A stretch of 64,000 nt of DNA from Mustelus asterias (GCF_964213995.1 NW_027590151.1:496001-560000); one strand, 5' to 3'. Shown: positions 1 through 12,939, counted from the first letter of the stretch. Made by a program: numbers and translations. Notes: generated by a model not told the origin, from the sequence alone.

Positions 1-589
1 ATAGACCTCAGCATTGTCTAATCTCGCTCCTAATTCGTATGTTCCTAAAATGGGATGCAATACCTTATCTTGTCAGCTTGGATATGATTGTCACTCGTGT
101 GCGAACTGTGAATTGGATTTTGAATTCGGTTGACTGAGCAAGCAAGAAATGGATGACCTCCCCCAAATAAAACCATGCTGACTGTTCTAGATTAATCTCT
201 GCCTCTCCAACTGCAGATGAATTCCCTTTCTCAGAATTACTTCCAATTGTTTTCCCCCACTGATGCCAGACTGCCATGCCTGTGGTTTCCTGATTTATCC
301 TTTCCTTCTTCAGGAAGAATTATACCACATTGAATGTCCTCCAGTCCTCCAGCTGTGGCCATTATAAACAGACAGGTCATTATAAAATTCGTGATTAATG
401 TATCATACAGTGCTCTGTGTTATCTCCAGTACATCATAACGGTGACAGTCAAACACTTCCAGGCATCGAGAAAAGTGCTCTATAATTTTTCTGTGTTCAT
501 TAAACAAATAACCAATTCTCATCGATATGTTTTGTTGTGACGTATTTAGTACAACTGAAACTATGTAATTGAATTAAACGTATCAGATA

Positions 590-2410
590 TCATACATAGA
601 AACATTCTATCATACATAGAAACATAGAAGATAAGAGCAGGAGAAGGCCATCTGGCCGGTCAAGCCTGCTCCGCCATTCATTAGGATCATGCCTGATCAT
701 CCAACTCAATAGTCTAATCCTGCTTTTTCCCCATAACTTTGGGTCCCATTCGCCCCAAGTGCTATTTCCAGCCACCTCTTAAATGCATTCAATGTTTTGG
801 CATCAACTTTGTTCCTGTGGTCGTGAATTCCACAGGCTCTTTGGGTGAGGAAATGTCTCCTCACCTCCGTCCTAAATGGTCTACCCTGAATTCTCAAACT
901 GTGACCCCTGGTTCCGGACTCCTCCACCGTCGGGAACATCCTCCCTGCATCTACTCTGACTAGTCCTGTTAGAAACTTTATAAGTCTCTTTGCGATCTCC
1001 CTCATTCATCTGAACTCCAGCGAAAACAGTCCTAACCTCGTCAATCTCCTCATACATCAGTCCCGCTATAAGACCATAAGACATAGGAGCGGAAGTAAGG
1101 CCATTCGGCCCATCGAGTCCACTCCACCATTCAATCATGGTTGATTTCAACTCCATTTACCCGCTCTCTCCCCATAGCCCTTAATTCCTCGAGAAATCAA
1201 GAATTTATCAATTTCTGTCTTGAAGACGCTCAACGTCTCGGCCTCCACAGCCCTCTGTGGCAATGAATTCCACAGACCCACCACTCTCTGGCTGAAGAAA
1301 TTTCTCCTCATCTCTGTTCTAAAGTGACTCCCTTTTATTCTAAGGCTGTGCCCCCGCGTCCTAGTCTCCCCTGTTAATGGAAACAACTTCCCTACATCCA
1401 TCCTATCTAAGCCGTTCATTATCTAGTAAGTTTCTATCAGATCTCCCCTCAACCTCCTAAACTCCAATGAATATAATCCCACGATCCTCAGACGTTCATC
1501 GTATGTCAGGCCTACCATTCCTGGGATCATCCGTGTGAATCTCCGCTGGACCCGCTCCAGTGCCAGTATGTCCTTCCTGAGGTGTGGGGCCCAAAATTGC
1601 TCACAGTACTCCAAATGGGGCCTAACCAGTGCTTTATAAAGCCTCAGAAGTACATCCCTGCTTTTGTATTCCAAGCCTCTTGAGATAAATGACAACATTA
1701 CATTTGCTTTCTTAATTACGGACTCAACCTGCAAGTTTACCTTTAGAGAATCCTGGACTAGGACTCCCAAGTCCCTTTGCACTTTAGCATTATGAATTTT
1801 GTCACCGTTTAGAAAATAGTCCATGCCTCTATTCTTTTTTTCCTGGAATCAGCCTGATAAACTTTCGCTTTACTCCTTCGAGAGCAAGAACATCCTTCCA
1901 CAGAAAATGAGACCAAAACTGCACACAATACTTTAGGTGTGGCATCAGCAAGGCCCTGTATAATTGCAGCAACTCATCCCTGCTCCTGTACTCGAAACCT
2001 CTCGCAAATGAAGGCCAACATGCTATCTGCCTTCTTTACTGCCTGTTACACCTGCATGCTTACCTTCAGTAACTGGTGCACAAGGACACCCAGGTCCCGC
2101 CTGCACACCCCCTCTCCCAATTTACAGCAATTCAGGTTGTAATCTGCCTTCCTGTTTTTGTTTCCAAAGTGAATAACCTCAACATTTATCAAATTATACG
2201 GCATCTGCCATTGATTAGCCCACTCACCCACCCTGTCCAGGTCATTCTGAAGGAGCTCTGCATCCTCGTCGCAGTTCACTCTCCCACCCAACTTGGTATC
2301 ATCTGAAAACTTTTTGTTTCCTCATCCAAATCATTAATATATATTGTGAATAGGTGGGGTCCCAGTGCCGGTAACTGTGGCACTCCACTAGTTACTGCCT
2401 GCCAATTTGA
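590..2410 (-). mobile_element. Older degenerate CR1-clade LINE 3' fragment, interrupted at ~1066-1843 by a younger CR1
   Basis: Frameshifted RT C-terminal ORFs (706-1005, 2046-2291: ...DLDRVGEWANQWQM..., TRGHSLRI) and a catag-type 3' tail near 590-630; the sequence resumes collinearly after the nested insert. Confidence 0.85.
1066..1843 (-). mobile_element. Young 5'-truncated CR1 LINE nested in an older CR1
   Basis: ORFs 1147-1419 and 1423-1824 (LVRPHLEYC, ERVQRRFTRMIPG); (cataagac)n tail; near-identical to the copy at 27953-28708. Confidence 0.92.
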
Positions 2411-2512
2411 AAAGCAATGATCCCTGATCACAATATTTGCCGAACGCAGTGTTATGTTGGGTGAGGCTCTGAGAGTTTTTGTATAGGTTCAGCCCAGCTC
2501 TGGGCCTCTGTG

Positions 2513-3387
2513 GGTCTCAATGCGCAGTAATACACACCGGCATCTGCCAGCTCTGTTTTAGACATTTTCAGCGGAACGGTGCGGATTTTATCATTGAGCT
2601 CCGCTGATAAACGGTCCCCTGGGAATCTCTCTGTGTTCCCAGTATATTTGCTTCTCATCAGTAGATACTCCATGGATCCGCTGGGATACTGATGGTACCA
2701 GAATAGGTAATAATTGTCAATGCTTGCAGTTGTATAATTACAGAAAAACTGAACATCATCTCCTTTACTCACTGTGACTGCAGCCGACATCTGTGAAACT
2801 GAACCTCCTCCACATTGTCCTGTAAGAGCCAAGAGTAATGCTAAATTAAACGATGTAAGTTCACTTCGTTTAATGGCCGGATTCGGCCCGTCACCCTGGC
2901 CAATAATCTGAAAAATGAATCACAGCATCTAAACAGAAATATATTTCCCGCAACACGCAGGTTGTAGCGGTTAAATGACACTCCGTTAAATGAACACCTT
3001 CGAAGGAGACCAGATCCTCGCCTTCGCTTTACGTTATTTGATGGGAAAACTGAACTGTCCGTGGGTTTATAGATCTCGGGTTTTTCAAAGCTTTTATCCA
3101 GAGTTTATCGAGTTTGTCAAAGTCCCTCACCGGCTCCAGTGGGGCCTGCAATCCCACTTTAACTCTTCGCTCTCATTCAGCTGAGGTATTTTGCCTCCTC
3201 CCTTGGTGAGACAAAATGGATTCTAATTGATATTAGAATCAATATATATTTTACCAATGTGCTAATCTAACTGCGCAATAGAATGCAGTGAATGGTAAAT
3301 ATGTAAAACACAGAGTTTGTAACTTGCGAACCGACCGGTTAATAGAGCTGCAGCTGTGAGGAATAAGCTCAGAGTCACAGGAGACAT
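2513..3387 (-). CDS. TCR alpha/delta V segment, apparently functional (leader exon 3336-3387, V exon 2513-2819)
   Basis: Leader MSPVTLSLFLTAAALLT with G|GTCGGT donor; AG acceptor at 2820-2821; open V frame GQCGGGSVSQ...FFCNY...LFWYHQYP...VYYCALRP; 23-RSS CACAGAG (2506-2512), 23 nt, ACAAAAACT (2474-2482). Confidence 0.93.
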
Positions 3388-3699
3388 GTTTGCAGAGGGG
3401 CCGAGGCGGATGTGAGCAGAGAGGGTTGAAGTTAACATTTTAATTGTCAAGAGCTGGTAAGAAGTTGAGTTACATCCGGGCCATTGTTGATTGGTTCATT
3501 GCTGACAACGTCATTCATTGACATCCAGACTTCGAATGCCATTGTTTTCAAATGACCCAATCAGCGCACGGCTCCTTTGGGTCTCAGCGCCGGGAGAAAG
3601 AAACTAAGTGAGTTTGTTCACCTCTCGGGGACCTGGACAGGGATGAGACCCAAACTTGTCCAGTTAATCTCTTCAACCTGTAAGGCGGAGTGAGAACAG

Positions 3700-4180
3700 G
3701 AAATCGGTTAATTTTTAACTGTTCTCTTCCTTTAATTCCTTTATAGTCTTTCTTATCCGCCTCCTACTCTTTCCCCTTTCCATTTCTTTTCTACTCCTTT
3801 GCTTCCCTTTCCCCCCGTTTTCTCAATTTTACCTCTTTTCCATCCATCTCCCCCCTCCCTCCTTATCTTCATCTGTCACAGCTTACCCTCTGATTTCAGT
3901 TTCTCTGTCGTTTGGCCACTCACACCTCCTATTCTCTCTTCGGACTGCCATTTGCAGCATTTCCCTTTGTTTTTGTGGCTATGACTCATATTTCATTCCC
4001 TCACCAAAAAGTATTAACATCTCCCACTTCTCATGCCTTTTCGCTTTGACAAAGGGTCATCAGGACTCGAAACGTCAGCTCTTTTCTCTCCTTATAGGTG
4101 GTGCCAAAGCAGCTGAGATCTTCCAGCATTTTTCTTTTGGTTTCAGATTCAAGCATCCGCAGTAATTTGCTTTTATTTTA
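3700..4180 (+). mobile_element. Penelope-like element terminal fragment with degenerate hammerhead motif (4043-4079)
   Basis: Pyrimidine-rich tract, then gctTTGACAAagggtcatcaggactcGAAAcgtcagc and a downstream block (ccagcattt...gtttcagatt) that recurs inverted at ~15300-15430 and ~25365-25490. Confidence 0.65.
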
Positions 4181-4502
4181 AATTAGTTAATGTTGTTCCT
4201 GAATCATAGCCGGAGCCCAAATTAAAAGAGCTGATCTCGAACTGTGAAAACTCACCGTAGCTGATGCAAGAGGCCACTGAGTCCTGAGAGAATTGAATAC
4301 AACAATGTGGTAAATAGCCAAACAGCATCTTTTAAATGGGATGAATGGAGGGCTAGAATTGGCTATTTAATAGATTTACGCAGAATGAGAGTGGGTGGAC
4401 TCCGCATGTAGACCCTGACCTTAGGATCTCGATCACTTGCAATATTCGCAGCATACTTATACAAAAAAAATCGTGTTCACGGTAAAGGGTTGGTTCGTCC
4501 AA

Positions 4503-5396
4503 ACTATGTTTCTGCATTTGTTCCTTCAATCAAATTTTCTTCAGTAAAGACACGCGCTCCGATAATGAACTTAATGCAATGTCCTTCTGTCCTCTCCTGG
4601 TGGCAAAAAAGGACTACAATATGCAACTTTAAAACAACCTGTTTCATTTCTGGAAGCAAGATTGATTCCAACAACTGCTGATCATTCTCCTCAGTATGAA
4701 GTATATTTTTAATTTCTCTTCTTTTTGATTGCGCCTGGTGGTATTCACATCTGAGAAAGTACCTGCACCAGTGTTCAACTGGTTTCCAACACTGTGAGAT
4801 TTGGACGCAGGACGAAACGGCAGCTTTGCTTAGTTGCAGCCTAAAGTTGGTTAACATAATGATTTTTTTAAAATGTCGGGTTGCGCAGAAATCGGTTTTG
4901 GCAAACTGCTTGATCATCACCATCAATTGGGTATTTTGTCAGAATTAACACTGGCTATGTTTCATGATGTTAGATCCAGTTTCCACTATTCCCCCCAACC
5001 CGCATCTTGTATTAGAAATAGATTTTATGTCATCCATTCTACTTCTACCTGAACTCCTGAAGATAGAGGTGGAGTGACACAATGATCCGCTCTAAAAGGA
5101 TTGTTGGAACATCGGATGATCAATGAGTTGCAACAATGAAAATCGGATTTAATACCACCAGGCGCAATCAAAAAGAAGAGAAATTGAAAATATACTTCAT
5201 ACTGAGGAGAATGTATGATCAGCAGTTGTTGGAATCAATCTTGATTCCAAAAATGAAACAGGTTGTTTTCAAGTTGTATATTGTAGTGCTTTTTTCCACC
5301 AGGAGAGGGCAGAAAGGCACTGCATTAAGTTCATTATCGGAGCGCGTGTTTTTATTGAAGAAATTTTGATTGAAGGAACAAATCCAGAAACATAGT
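4503..5396. repeat. Long inverted repeat: ~245 bp arms (4503-4745 and 5151-5396) around a ~405 bp spacer
   Basis: actatgtttctg...gcgcctggtggtatt is the reverse complement of aataccaccaggcgc...cagaaacatagt with scattered mismatches; also visible as mirrored ORF translations. Confidence 0.92.
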
Positions 5397-6037
5397 GTTA
5401 ACACTGATAACAAACTTATTATTTTTTGAAATATTCTTATGAATTGTCAATGTTGCCACTCCTGTAGTTATGTAACATACATTCGATGGCTAGACCAGTT
5501 CCCATTGCACAAGTTCCCAAATTATCGAACGATATTTTAGGACTAACATCAGGACCTTCTTCTTGTCAGACCGGGACTGGTCACAGTGTGGAATGAAACT
5601 TCAGAAAGAACGAGAGAGCAAAATGCACTACAATCGTTGGATCGTAGAACAGAAGGAAAGTTGTAAGCTCTCCCGCAATAAAAGAGCCATAACAAGAAGG
5701 AGGAAACAGCTGTTCTCATTTATAACTATCTTGTGAACTGCAACTTGTCGAAGATCCAAGTGAAGAATTGCACCCTGGAATTACCAGTATTCACCAGTAG
5801 AGAGCAGTGTGTCGCGTGAGAAATATTTAATCTGAGCGTGTCAGGTGTGTTCTCAGAGGCTGTGTGGGCCTGTGTCAGTGTGAAACGCTCAGTATGGGTG
5901 GCTAAAGTAGAACCCGCCTAATGTTGTCAGTTCAACATAAACACGGCACTGAACTGAACCCGAAGAAAATACTTGGTTCCGGGTTAATTTTCATCTCCTG
6001 GTTCAAAGCTGATCTCGGTGTTGTGTGTGAACTGAGA

Positions 6038-6370
6038 ATGGTCAGGATTTGCATCGACGTTTTGTTGTTTTTCACTCTGATCTGCACGGGGATGACCGGA
6101 GAAGCTGAGTTGCTGCAGCTCCCTCCACGGATGGTTATCAGTGAAGCGAGAAATATATCCATGAACTGCACTATTTCCATTACGTTTGACACCGTGCGTT
6201 GGTATAAACAGCTCCCGAATCAGTCGCCCCAGCATCTGGTGATGGCCACAAGCGGAACCGATCAACACGGGAGGATCACTGCTTCGATCGGAGAAGGCAA
6301 CAAACTCAGCATCCTGACTGTGAGAGACGTACAGGTTTCAGACACTGCCATCTATTTCTGCACCATGAGG
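6038..6370 (+). CDS. TCR alpha-like V segment with leader and V in one uninterrupted ORF
   Basis: ATG in strong Kozak context (agaATGg); MVRICIDVLLFFTLICTG signal-like peptide runs directly into EAELLQLP...ISMNC...VRWYKQLP...DTAIYFCTMR; 23-RSS CACACTG (6371-6377), 23 nt, ACCAAAACC (6401-6409). Confidence 0.88.
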
Positions 6371-6829
6371 CACACTGTAATAAACACAGGCAGGTCCCGT
6401 ACCAAAACCTGCACCGTTTTCAAAAACCGCTCCGCAGAAATATCAGTGTTTCAACAAGCGCGGTATTAAATTCCAATGGTAAGGGGGGTGAGAGCAAAAC
6501 ATTTCTTGAATCCGAAAATTTTAAAAAGCTTAAAATGAAGAGAGTTGGGAATGTATTCAAAGAAAATGGAAGAGGTTACATGCAAATCAGAATGAAAGAA
6601 AGACAAAGCGAAAAAGTGCAGTAAGAATACGTAAAGAGCTCAAAAAATCCGGAAGCAATGCAAAGAAGAAAGTCAAAAATAGCGACTGTGATGTGATGCA
6701 TTTTGGCAGGAAAGGAGCGTATTAAATAAAAGGTGCGAGATTGCAGAAGTCTGAGATTCAAAGGGATTTGCCTGTCCTCGTGCGTGAATCACAAATGTTC
6801 TCTTACAGGTACAGCAAGAAATGAGAATA

Positions 6830-7010
6830 TTGTCGTTCAGCTCAGTTGCTGGATATCTGGTTAGTGATGCAAAGCATCAATATCTGTACCCGGTGAGGTC
6901 ATTCATGAAGCTGCCGCCATCTCAACCTCGACCGCTCTCCTGAGGCGATGTGCGATCCTCAGGTTAAATCGCCTCCAGCCTCTGCGGCTATGGCGACTTT
7001 GCCTTTATTG
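6830..7010 (+). mobile_element. Degenerate tRNA-derived SINE
   Basis: A-box-like cagctcagttg head and a body (tgaggtcattcatgaag...cctcaggttaaa) resembling shark SINEs. Confidence 0.45.
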
Positions 7011-7025
7011 CCACCGTCTCACGGC

Positions 7026-7058
7026 GTGAGAGCGCCCTCTGCTGAGCACTAACTGGAA
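7026..7058 (-). promoter_or_regulatory. CTCF-like motif just 3' of V RSS
   Basis: Minus strand reads TTCCAGTTAGTGCTCAGCAGAGGGCGCTCTCAC; core CAGCAGAGGGCGC fits the CTCF consensus CCASYAGRKGGCRC. Confidence 0.7.
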
Positions 7059-7070
7059 CACTTACTCTGG

Positions 7071-7848
7071 GGCTTTTGTATCAGATCCGCTATCGCAGTG
7101 TGGGGTTTAAGTCACATAAATATACCTCACGGTCAGTCATCAGCGTGTTGCCGATCATTAACTCGGTAATCTTGACAGTTTTATTTAATGAAGCTGGAAG
7201 CGGTCGCTGATGTCGGTGTGTTTGTACAGTTTCCCTCCCATAATACGAAGCATGTCGTGTGGAGGCTGCCCGGGGCTCTGACTATAACCAGTACACATAA
7301 GGGTTAGAAGTGCTCGTCTTCATGTTGCAGGTAACTGTGACATTACTTTCCTCTTCAGTTGTTATTTTGGCATCCGACTGCTGCACCGTGTCTTGGTGAC
7401 ACCATTCTAACATAAAATAAGGGCAAACATAAAAGTAATGTTTAAATAAAAGTAATTTTATGCCTAGTCCCAGTGGGACTAGGCATAAAATGGTTCGGCA
7501 CAGACAAGAAGGGCCAAAAGGCCTGTTTCTGAGCTGTAATTTTCTATGGTTCTAATCAGTACGAGCCGAATATTCCTCAACAAAATCGTCATCAGAACGA
7601 TCATTATTATTTGTCAGCAATAACATTTGGTTTTGCGGAAAGGAAATACATAAACACGTCGAAGATAGGAGCAGGAGTAGTCCATTCAGCCCTTGGATCC
7701 TGCCCAGCCATTCATTTTGATCAATGTTTGATCATACAACTCAATAACCGGATCCCATTTGCCCCATATCCTTTGATCCCCTTTGCGCCAAGAGCTACTT
7801 ACTGAGCAGTGAGATAATGATGAGGATCGGAATGAGATAGTTTACCAT
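7071..7848 (-). pseudogene. TCR V pseudogene (leader 7803-7848, V exon 7103-7406)
   Basis: Leader MVNYLIPILIIISLL with A|GTAAGT; V frame WCHQDTVQQ...VTVTCNMK...YVYW then two frameshifts; ends VYLCDLNP; RSS CACACTG with spacer shortened to 16 nt before ACAAAAGCC. Confidence 0.88.
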
Positions 7849-8275
7849 GATCCTTCCTGAGTCTGTAACTCTGCAGTGAAAGAAATCCTCTGTCAGAGAC
7901 AGAAATACAGTTGCCCGTCCCACTGCATTGCTCATCCAACCAATGAGAGGAGTGCAGCAATCTGCCCAATCACACAATCGGGTCAGAGTGAGAGCAGCAA
8001 ACGGGCGCGGATACGGAGTGAAGTGTGCGATGACTCTCAGCTGCACTCGGAGCGAATGGAGCGGAAATAGCGATGGTTAAATCTACAGAAGTCTCTGACC
8101 ATTCTGCACCTGCTCACTGTTCAAGTCTCTAACAATAAATAGAGCGACTGGGACATGAAGCAACGAGAATCATAGACTTTTTGAGCAGCGAATGAAGCCA
8201 TTCGTCCTATCTATGTCTCTTTGGAAGAGTTCTCCAAATCATCATTCATCCCTGCAATTGACAGGATTCTTTGTT

Positions 8276-10815
8276 CAAAGAACAAAGAACAGTACAGCAC
8301 AGGAAACAGGCCCTTCGGCCCTCCAAACCTGTGCCGCTCCTTGGTCCAACTAGACCAATCGTTTGTATCCCTCCATTCCCAGGCTGCTCATGTGACTATC
8401 CAGGTAAGTCTTAAACGATGTCAGCGTGCCTGCCTCCACCACCCTACTTGGCAGCGCATTCCAGGCCCCCACCACCCTCTGTGTAAAAAACGTCCCTCTG
8501 ATGTCTGAGTTATACTTCGCCCCTCTCAGCTTGAGCCCGTGACCCCTCGTGATCGTCACCTCCGACCTGGGAAAAAGCTTCCCACTGTTCACCCTATCTA
8601 TACCCTTCATAATCTTGTATACCCCTATTAGATCTCCCCTCATTCTCCGTCTTTCCAAGGAGAACAACCCCAGTCTACCCAATCTCTCCTCATAGCTAAG
8701 ACCCTCCATACCAGGCAACATCCTGGTAAACCTTCTCTGCACTCTCTCCAACGCCTCCACGTCCTTCTGGTAGTGCGGCGACCAGAACTGGACGCAGTAC
8801 TCCAAATGCGGCCTAACCAGCGTTCTATACAGCTGCATCATCAGACTCCAGCTTTTATACTCTATACCCCGTCCTATAAAGGCAAGCATACCATATGCCT
8901 TCTTCACCACCTTCTCCACCTGTGTTGCCAACTTCAAGGATTTGTGGACTTGCACACCTAGGTCCCTCTGTGTTTCTATACTCCTGATGACTCTGCCATT
9001 TATTGTATAACTCCTCCCTACATTATTTCTTCCAAAATGCATCACTTCGCATTTATCCGGATTAAATTCCATCTGCCACCTCTCTGCCCAATTTTCCAGC
9101 CTATCTATATCCTGCTGTATTGCCCGACAATGCTCTTCGCTATCCGCAATTCCAGCCATCTTCGTGTCATCCGCAAACTTGCTGATTACACCAGTTACAC
9201 CTTCTTCCAAATCATTTATATATATCACAAATAGCAAAGGTCCTAGTACAGAGCCCTGCGGAACACCACTGGTCACAGACCTCCAGCCGGAAAAAGACCC
9301 TTCGACCACTACCCTCTGTCTCCTATGGCCAAGCCAGTTCTCCACCCATCTAGCCACTTCTCCTTGTATCCCATGAGCCTTAACCTTCTTAACCAACCTG
9401 CCATGTGGGACTTTGTCAAATGCCTTACTGAAATCCATATAGACGACATCCACGGCCCTTCCTTCATCAACCGTTTTTGTCACTTCCTCAAAAAACTCCA
9501 CCAAATTTGTAAGGCACGACCTCCCTCTTACAAAACCATGCTGTCTGTCACTAATGAGATTGTTCTGTTCTAAATGCACATACATCCTGTCTCTGAGAAT
9601 CCTCTCCAACAACTTCCCTACCACGGACGTCAAGCTCACCGGCCTATAATTTCCTGGGTTATCCCTGCTACCCTTCTTAAACAACGGGACCACATTCGCT
9701 ATCCTCCAATCCTCAGGGACCTCACCCGTGTCCAAAGAAGCGACAAAGATTTCCGTCAGAGGCCCAGCAATTTCACCTCGCGTCTCCCTGAGCAGTCGAG
9801 GATAGATGCCATCAGGCCCTGGGGCTTTGTCGGTTTTAATGTTCCCTAAAAAACCTAACACTTCCTCTCTTGTAATGGAGGTTTTCTCTAACGGGTCAAC
9901 ACCTCCCTCCGAGACACTCCCGGTTAACACGCCCCTCTCCTTCGTGAATACCGATGCAAAGTATTCATTTAGGATCTCCCCTATTCCCTTGGGTTCGAAG
10001 CATAATTCCCCTCCTTTGTCCCTGAGAGGTCCGATTTTCTCCCTGACAACTCTTTTGTTCCTAACGTATGAATAGAATGCCTTAGGATTCTCCTTAATCC
10101 TGCCTGCCAAGAACATCTCGTGACCTCTTTTTGCCCTTCTAACTCCCCGTTTGAGATCTTTCCTACTCTCTCTGTATCCCTCCAGAGCTCCATCTGTTTT
10201 CAGTTGCCTGGACTTAACGTACGCCTCCCTTTTCATTTTAATCAGATCCTCAATTTCCCTGGTTATCCACGGCTCTCGAATCCTACCTTTCCTATCTTTC
10301 CTTTTTACAGGCACATGCCTATCCTGCAGCCTTATCAATAGTTCCTTAGAAGACTCCCACATGCCAGACGCGGACTTACCCTCGAACATCCTCTCCCAAT
10401 CAACATCCACCAATTCCTGCCTAATCCGGCTATAGTCAGCCTTCCCCCAATTTAGCACCCTGCCCGTAGGACAGCACTCATCCTTGTCCATTACTATCCT
10501 AAAGTTAACAGAGTTGTGGTCACTATTTGCCACATGTTCCCCTACCGAAACTTTGACGACCTGACCGGGCTCATTTCCCAGAACTAGGTCCAGTATAGCC
10601 CCCTCTCTGGTCGGGCTATCTACATACTGTTCCAAAGAACCTTCCAGTACGCATTTTACAAATTCCTCCCCGTCCGGTCCCCCAGCTCTAAGCACTTTCC
10701 AGTCTGTGCCAGGGATATTAAAGTCCCCCACTACAACAACCCTATGTTTTCTGCACCTATCCAGAATCTCCTGACATATCCTTTCCTCCACTTCCCGTGA
10801 GCTGTTGGGTGGTCT
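8276..10815 (-). mobile_element. Young CR1 (HER1-type) LINE, 5'-truncated within the endonuclease, uninterrupted 822-aa ORF2 portion
   Basis: APE motifs (GDFN, LDLV, SDH); RT motifs ([30 protein letters not shown]); repeat tail reading (caaagaa)n on the + strand. Confidence 0.96.
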
Positions 10816-11149
10816 CATAGAATCATAGAAACCCTACAGTGCAGAAAGAGGCCATTTGGCCCATCGAGTCTGCACCGACCACAATCTCACCCAAGCCCTA
10901 CCCCCATATCTATCCACTAATCCCTCTAACCTACGCATCTCAGGACACTAAGGGCAATTTTACCATGGCCAATCAACCTAACCCGCACATCTTTGGACTG
11001 TGGGAGGAAACCGGAGCACCCGGAGGAAACCCACGCAGACACGAGGAGAATGTGCAAACTCCACACAGACAGTGACCCAAGCCGGGAATTGAACCCAGGT
11101 CCCTGGAGCTGTGAAGCAGCAGTGCTAACCACTGTGCTACCGTGCCGCC
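10816..11149 (-). mobile_element. Full-length HE1-type V-SINE
   Basis: tRNA-like head GGCGGCACGGTAGCACAGTGG...GGTTCAATTCCC, V-domain core (gtggagtttgcac...gggtttcctccgggtgctccggtttcctccca) and LINE-derived ctatg-repeat tail. Confidence 0.92.
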
Positions 11150-12752
11150 TGTTACATATAATTTCCTTCTAAGTATTTATGTTTAATATTCTGCCACCAT
11201 TTTAGGCAGTGTGTTTCCAGCTTTGAACAACTGGCAGTGCAACAAGTGAACACGATCATTCAATGCCTTTCCTTCTCTTACACTGGCGTATTTGGATTAG
11301 CGAATATTCTACTGATTGAAACAGTTTTGCGTTATCTATTGCTCACTGCTTCCTGTCCTGGACACAGAGACCATAACAAATAGGAGCTGCAGTCGGCCAT
11401 TTGGCCCATCGAGCCTTTTAAACTATTCAGGGAGATAATTCGTTCATCTACCTCAGCATTATTCTCCCCACACTAAACGCATATCCCTTGATATCCTCAA
11501 TATCTAGAAACCAATCAATCGCCCTCTTGAAAATAGTTGATGACTGAGGTTTCACTGTCCTCAGGGGTTGAGAATTCCAAAGCTTTACCACATCCTTGTC
11601 TGTTCCCCATAATCCTTGACACCCTTGTCAGTCAAAGATCTGTCTAACTGGAATATATTCAATGATCCTCAGCCTCCACTGGTCCCTTTGGAAGAGAAAT
11701 CCAAAAGACTCACAACCCTCTGAGGAAAGAGATGTCTGGAAATATATAACGTAGCTACAGTTCCATATTACAAGATATTCAGATCCCAAGGAATATGACT
11801 CTGTCTAGACGTGACGGTTGAGATTTTTGCCTGTGATTCCTCGTTCAAAATCCTGTGAAATGAGTTTGCAAAAGTCATCACAGTCAGTATAGGATAGAAA
11901 TTCAGAGCAGACAATTCTAGTTTCTCTGGAACATTCTTTCCTATTTCATTCCCAAAAAGTTGTAAATCTCCATCCATATCTATGGATTCTATTTAAAAAT
12001 GAAAGTGGATGGGCACTTGATGGAAATAAACTTTCAGGAGAATGAGGATATAGAGTGGGAATGGGACTGGAATGTTATACAGAGAGTGGGCATGGACTCG
12101 AGTTACCAAATGGATTCCTTCTGTGCTGTAACAACTTTATGACTGGAAATGTATAACATCGCTGCAGCATTATATTACAATGCAAGAAATAATAATAAAT
12201 ATATTTTATTACAGAAACATAAATAATGTATCTAATCTGTGTACCATATAATAACACGAGACATATCTCTGTCCTATATTCATTTACTGTCCCCTTAAAT
12301 GTCAGCCATCTCCTGGGGAAAGCTGCCTTTTAATTATGAACATTCGGAAAGAGACCATCCTTGTAGACAGACTGAGTATAAGTCTAACTGAGTCTAACCA
12401 CTGAGCTATGGAGCCAATCTTTAGCAATTGCGTTGCAATAAATGTATAATAATCCTGGAACAGACTACATTTTCAGATGGAAATAGATATGTCTGAGCGG
12501 GAGAGCAGGGAGTTAAAATATGTGGCTTGTAAGGGACCGAATTTGACATGTGCCAGTTACTTCAAACGATCAATGTTTGCCGTGTGCCTGCCGTTATATA
12601 TTCTTCTTCTGAGTTTATATTTGTTGTTACATCTCTGACTTTTCCACCTCTGATACAATTCATCCAGCTTGAAGATTAACCTTGTTTCTCCCTTCACAGA
12701 TGATGTGAGGCCTAATTTCATTTAATGAAGAATTAAACAAACAAAATGTTCA

Positions 12753-12814
12753 CCCCGTGAGTGGGAATCAATCCCGGGCACGGGGCCGAATCCTGACCAC
12801 TAGACCTCCAGAAG
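12753..12814 (-). pseudogene. tRNA-Glu-derived relic with anticodon arm deleted
   Basis: Minus strand ctggaggtctagtggtcaggattcggc...gcccgggattgattccc matches vertebrate tRNA-Glu 5' and T-arm sequence with an internal deletion. Confidence 0.6.
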
Positions 12815-12939
12815 AGCTCATAAGAGAGATTTGCAATTAGACCATAATCATCGCTTTTCCCATGGCCGCATTTCAGGTCATTGTCTAAACTTTGCCAGAT
12901 AGCCACACGGTTATTCTATCATCTTATAAGCAATTACAG

